From assembly GCF_964204645.1 (NCBI RefSeq), contig NC_134026.1, forward strand, positions 12,237,950 to 12,301,949: 64,000 bases of DNA, given 5' to 3'. This DNA is from Tubulanus polymorphus. Taxonomy: Eukaryota; Animalia; Nemertea. Made by a program: the position numbers and the translations under genes. Of this stretch, positions 63,101-64,000 are shown one piece after another (position 1 is the stretch's first letter; each line of letters starts with the position of its first letter). The notes beneath the pieces were generated by a model. The model was not told where the DNA came from. It saw only the letters and a list, made by a program, of their open reading frames with translations, and did no database searches.

Positions 63101-64000
63101 ACGTATTAGTGAGATTCAATCTGAGACCGCGAAAGACGAAACTCTAATATTATTGTCGCAAACGATCATTAACGGATGGCCGAACGACAAGAAACAACTG
63201 CCGAGTGAACTACAGGCGTATTTTCATGTTAGAACGAACTTTCGGCTCAAGACGGTATGATTTTTCGGGGAGAAAGAATCGTTGTACCGAAATCACCACG
63301 ATCATTCATCATGGAACGAATTCATGCGTCTCATCTTGGCGTTGAAGCGTGCCTTAGGAGGGCCAGAGAGTGCGTATTTTGGCCTGGGATGAACGATCAG
63401 CTCAAAACGTACATGACAGCTTGTGAAATCTGTCGAGAACGTGACGTAAAACAACAAAAAGAAATGATGCAGGCCGACCTAGCATCCAGGCCGTGGGAGA
63501 AAATCGCATGTGATTTATTTGAACTGGATGGAATTGATTATTTAATAACTGTGGATTACTATAGCAATTTCTGGGAAGTCGACAAACTTCCATCAACGAA
63601 ATCTAGTACAGTTATTACTAAACTGAAAGCGCATTTGTCACGGTATGGCATTCCAGACGTTCTGGTATCGGACAATGGCCCACAATTTATCAGTGATTTA
63701 TTCGGAAACTTTACGAATGAGTGGGACATAGAACATCGTACTATATCACCGTATAATAGTCGCGCAAACGGGCAGGCTGAATCAGCGGTGAAAACCGCGA
63801 AACGAATTATGAAAAAAGCCAAAGCCGCGTGTAAAGACCAATATCTGGCTCTACTAGATTATAGAAACACTCCCACGCAAAATATCAACCTGAGTCCGGC
63901 TCAGAGATTCTTCAATAGACGGTGTAAAACGTTATTACCGACTACTGCGAATTTATCGAAGCCAACGGTAACGTATCCGGATCTTCAGAAAAACAAACAT
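60199..64000 (+). mobile_element. Gypsy/Ty3 (Mag-like) LTR retrotransposon internal region, degenerate; continues past the window
   Basis: PBS-like TGGTGGCAGCG directly after CA at 60198. Gag with two CCHC-type knuckles, protease VDSGA, RT (IDLRSGFWH, RLPFGL, mutated VDNI), RNase H (CDSS, YAQIEKE) and integrase (HASHLG..CEIC, CDLF, SDNGPQF, NGQAE). Stop at 61470 and frameshifts at ~63230 and ~63460. Confidence 0.93.
60405..63260 (+). pseudogene. Disrupted gag-pol polyprotein of the Gypsy element
   Basis: ORFs 60405-61472 and 61473-63260 are in the same frame, separated by one TGA inside the protease domain. The RT catalytic YxDD reads IVDN. Confidence 0.85.

Overview
Repeat-rich invertebrate (metazoan) nuclear DNA, not prokaryotic. 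Bases 1-5640 are one end of a very AT-rich, apparently intact Polinton/Maverick (adintovirus-like) endogenous virus. It carries a protein-primed PolB (1337 aa, with Zn fingers and an endonuclease VII insert), a 113-aa ORF and a penton/minor capsid ORF that runs off the window. Its terminus is a ~408-bp imperfect palindrome able to fold into a hairpin, which is the most unusual feature here. The only recognisable host gene is a 3-coding-exon TMEM127 orthologue on the minus strand (29207..7201); its middle exon is missed by the ORF track. The rest is transposon landscape: a truncated BEL/Pao element and remnants, an L2/CR1-group LINE, a degenerate Mag-like Gypsy element, a Penelope GIY-YIG fragment, a Harbinger-type transposase remnant, a deleted Helitron, many Helentron-type (HINE) elements with internal ~115-bp tandem repeats, and many MITEs. 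There is also an ~8.2-kb inverted duplication (35.1-43.3 kb) whose right arm gained later insertions. All calls come from reading motifs by eye; no database searches were run and repeat boundaries are approximate.
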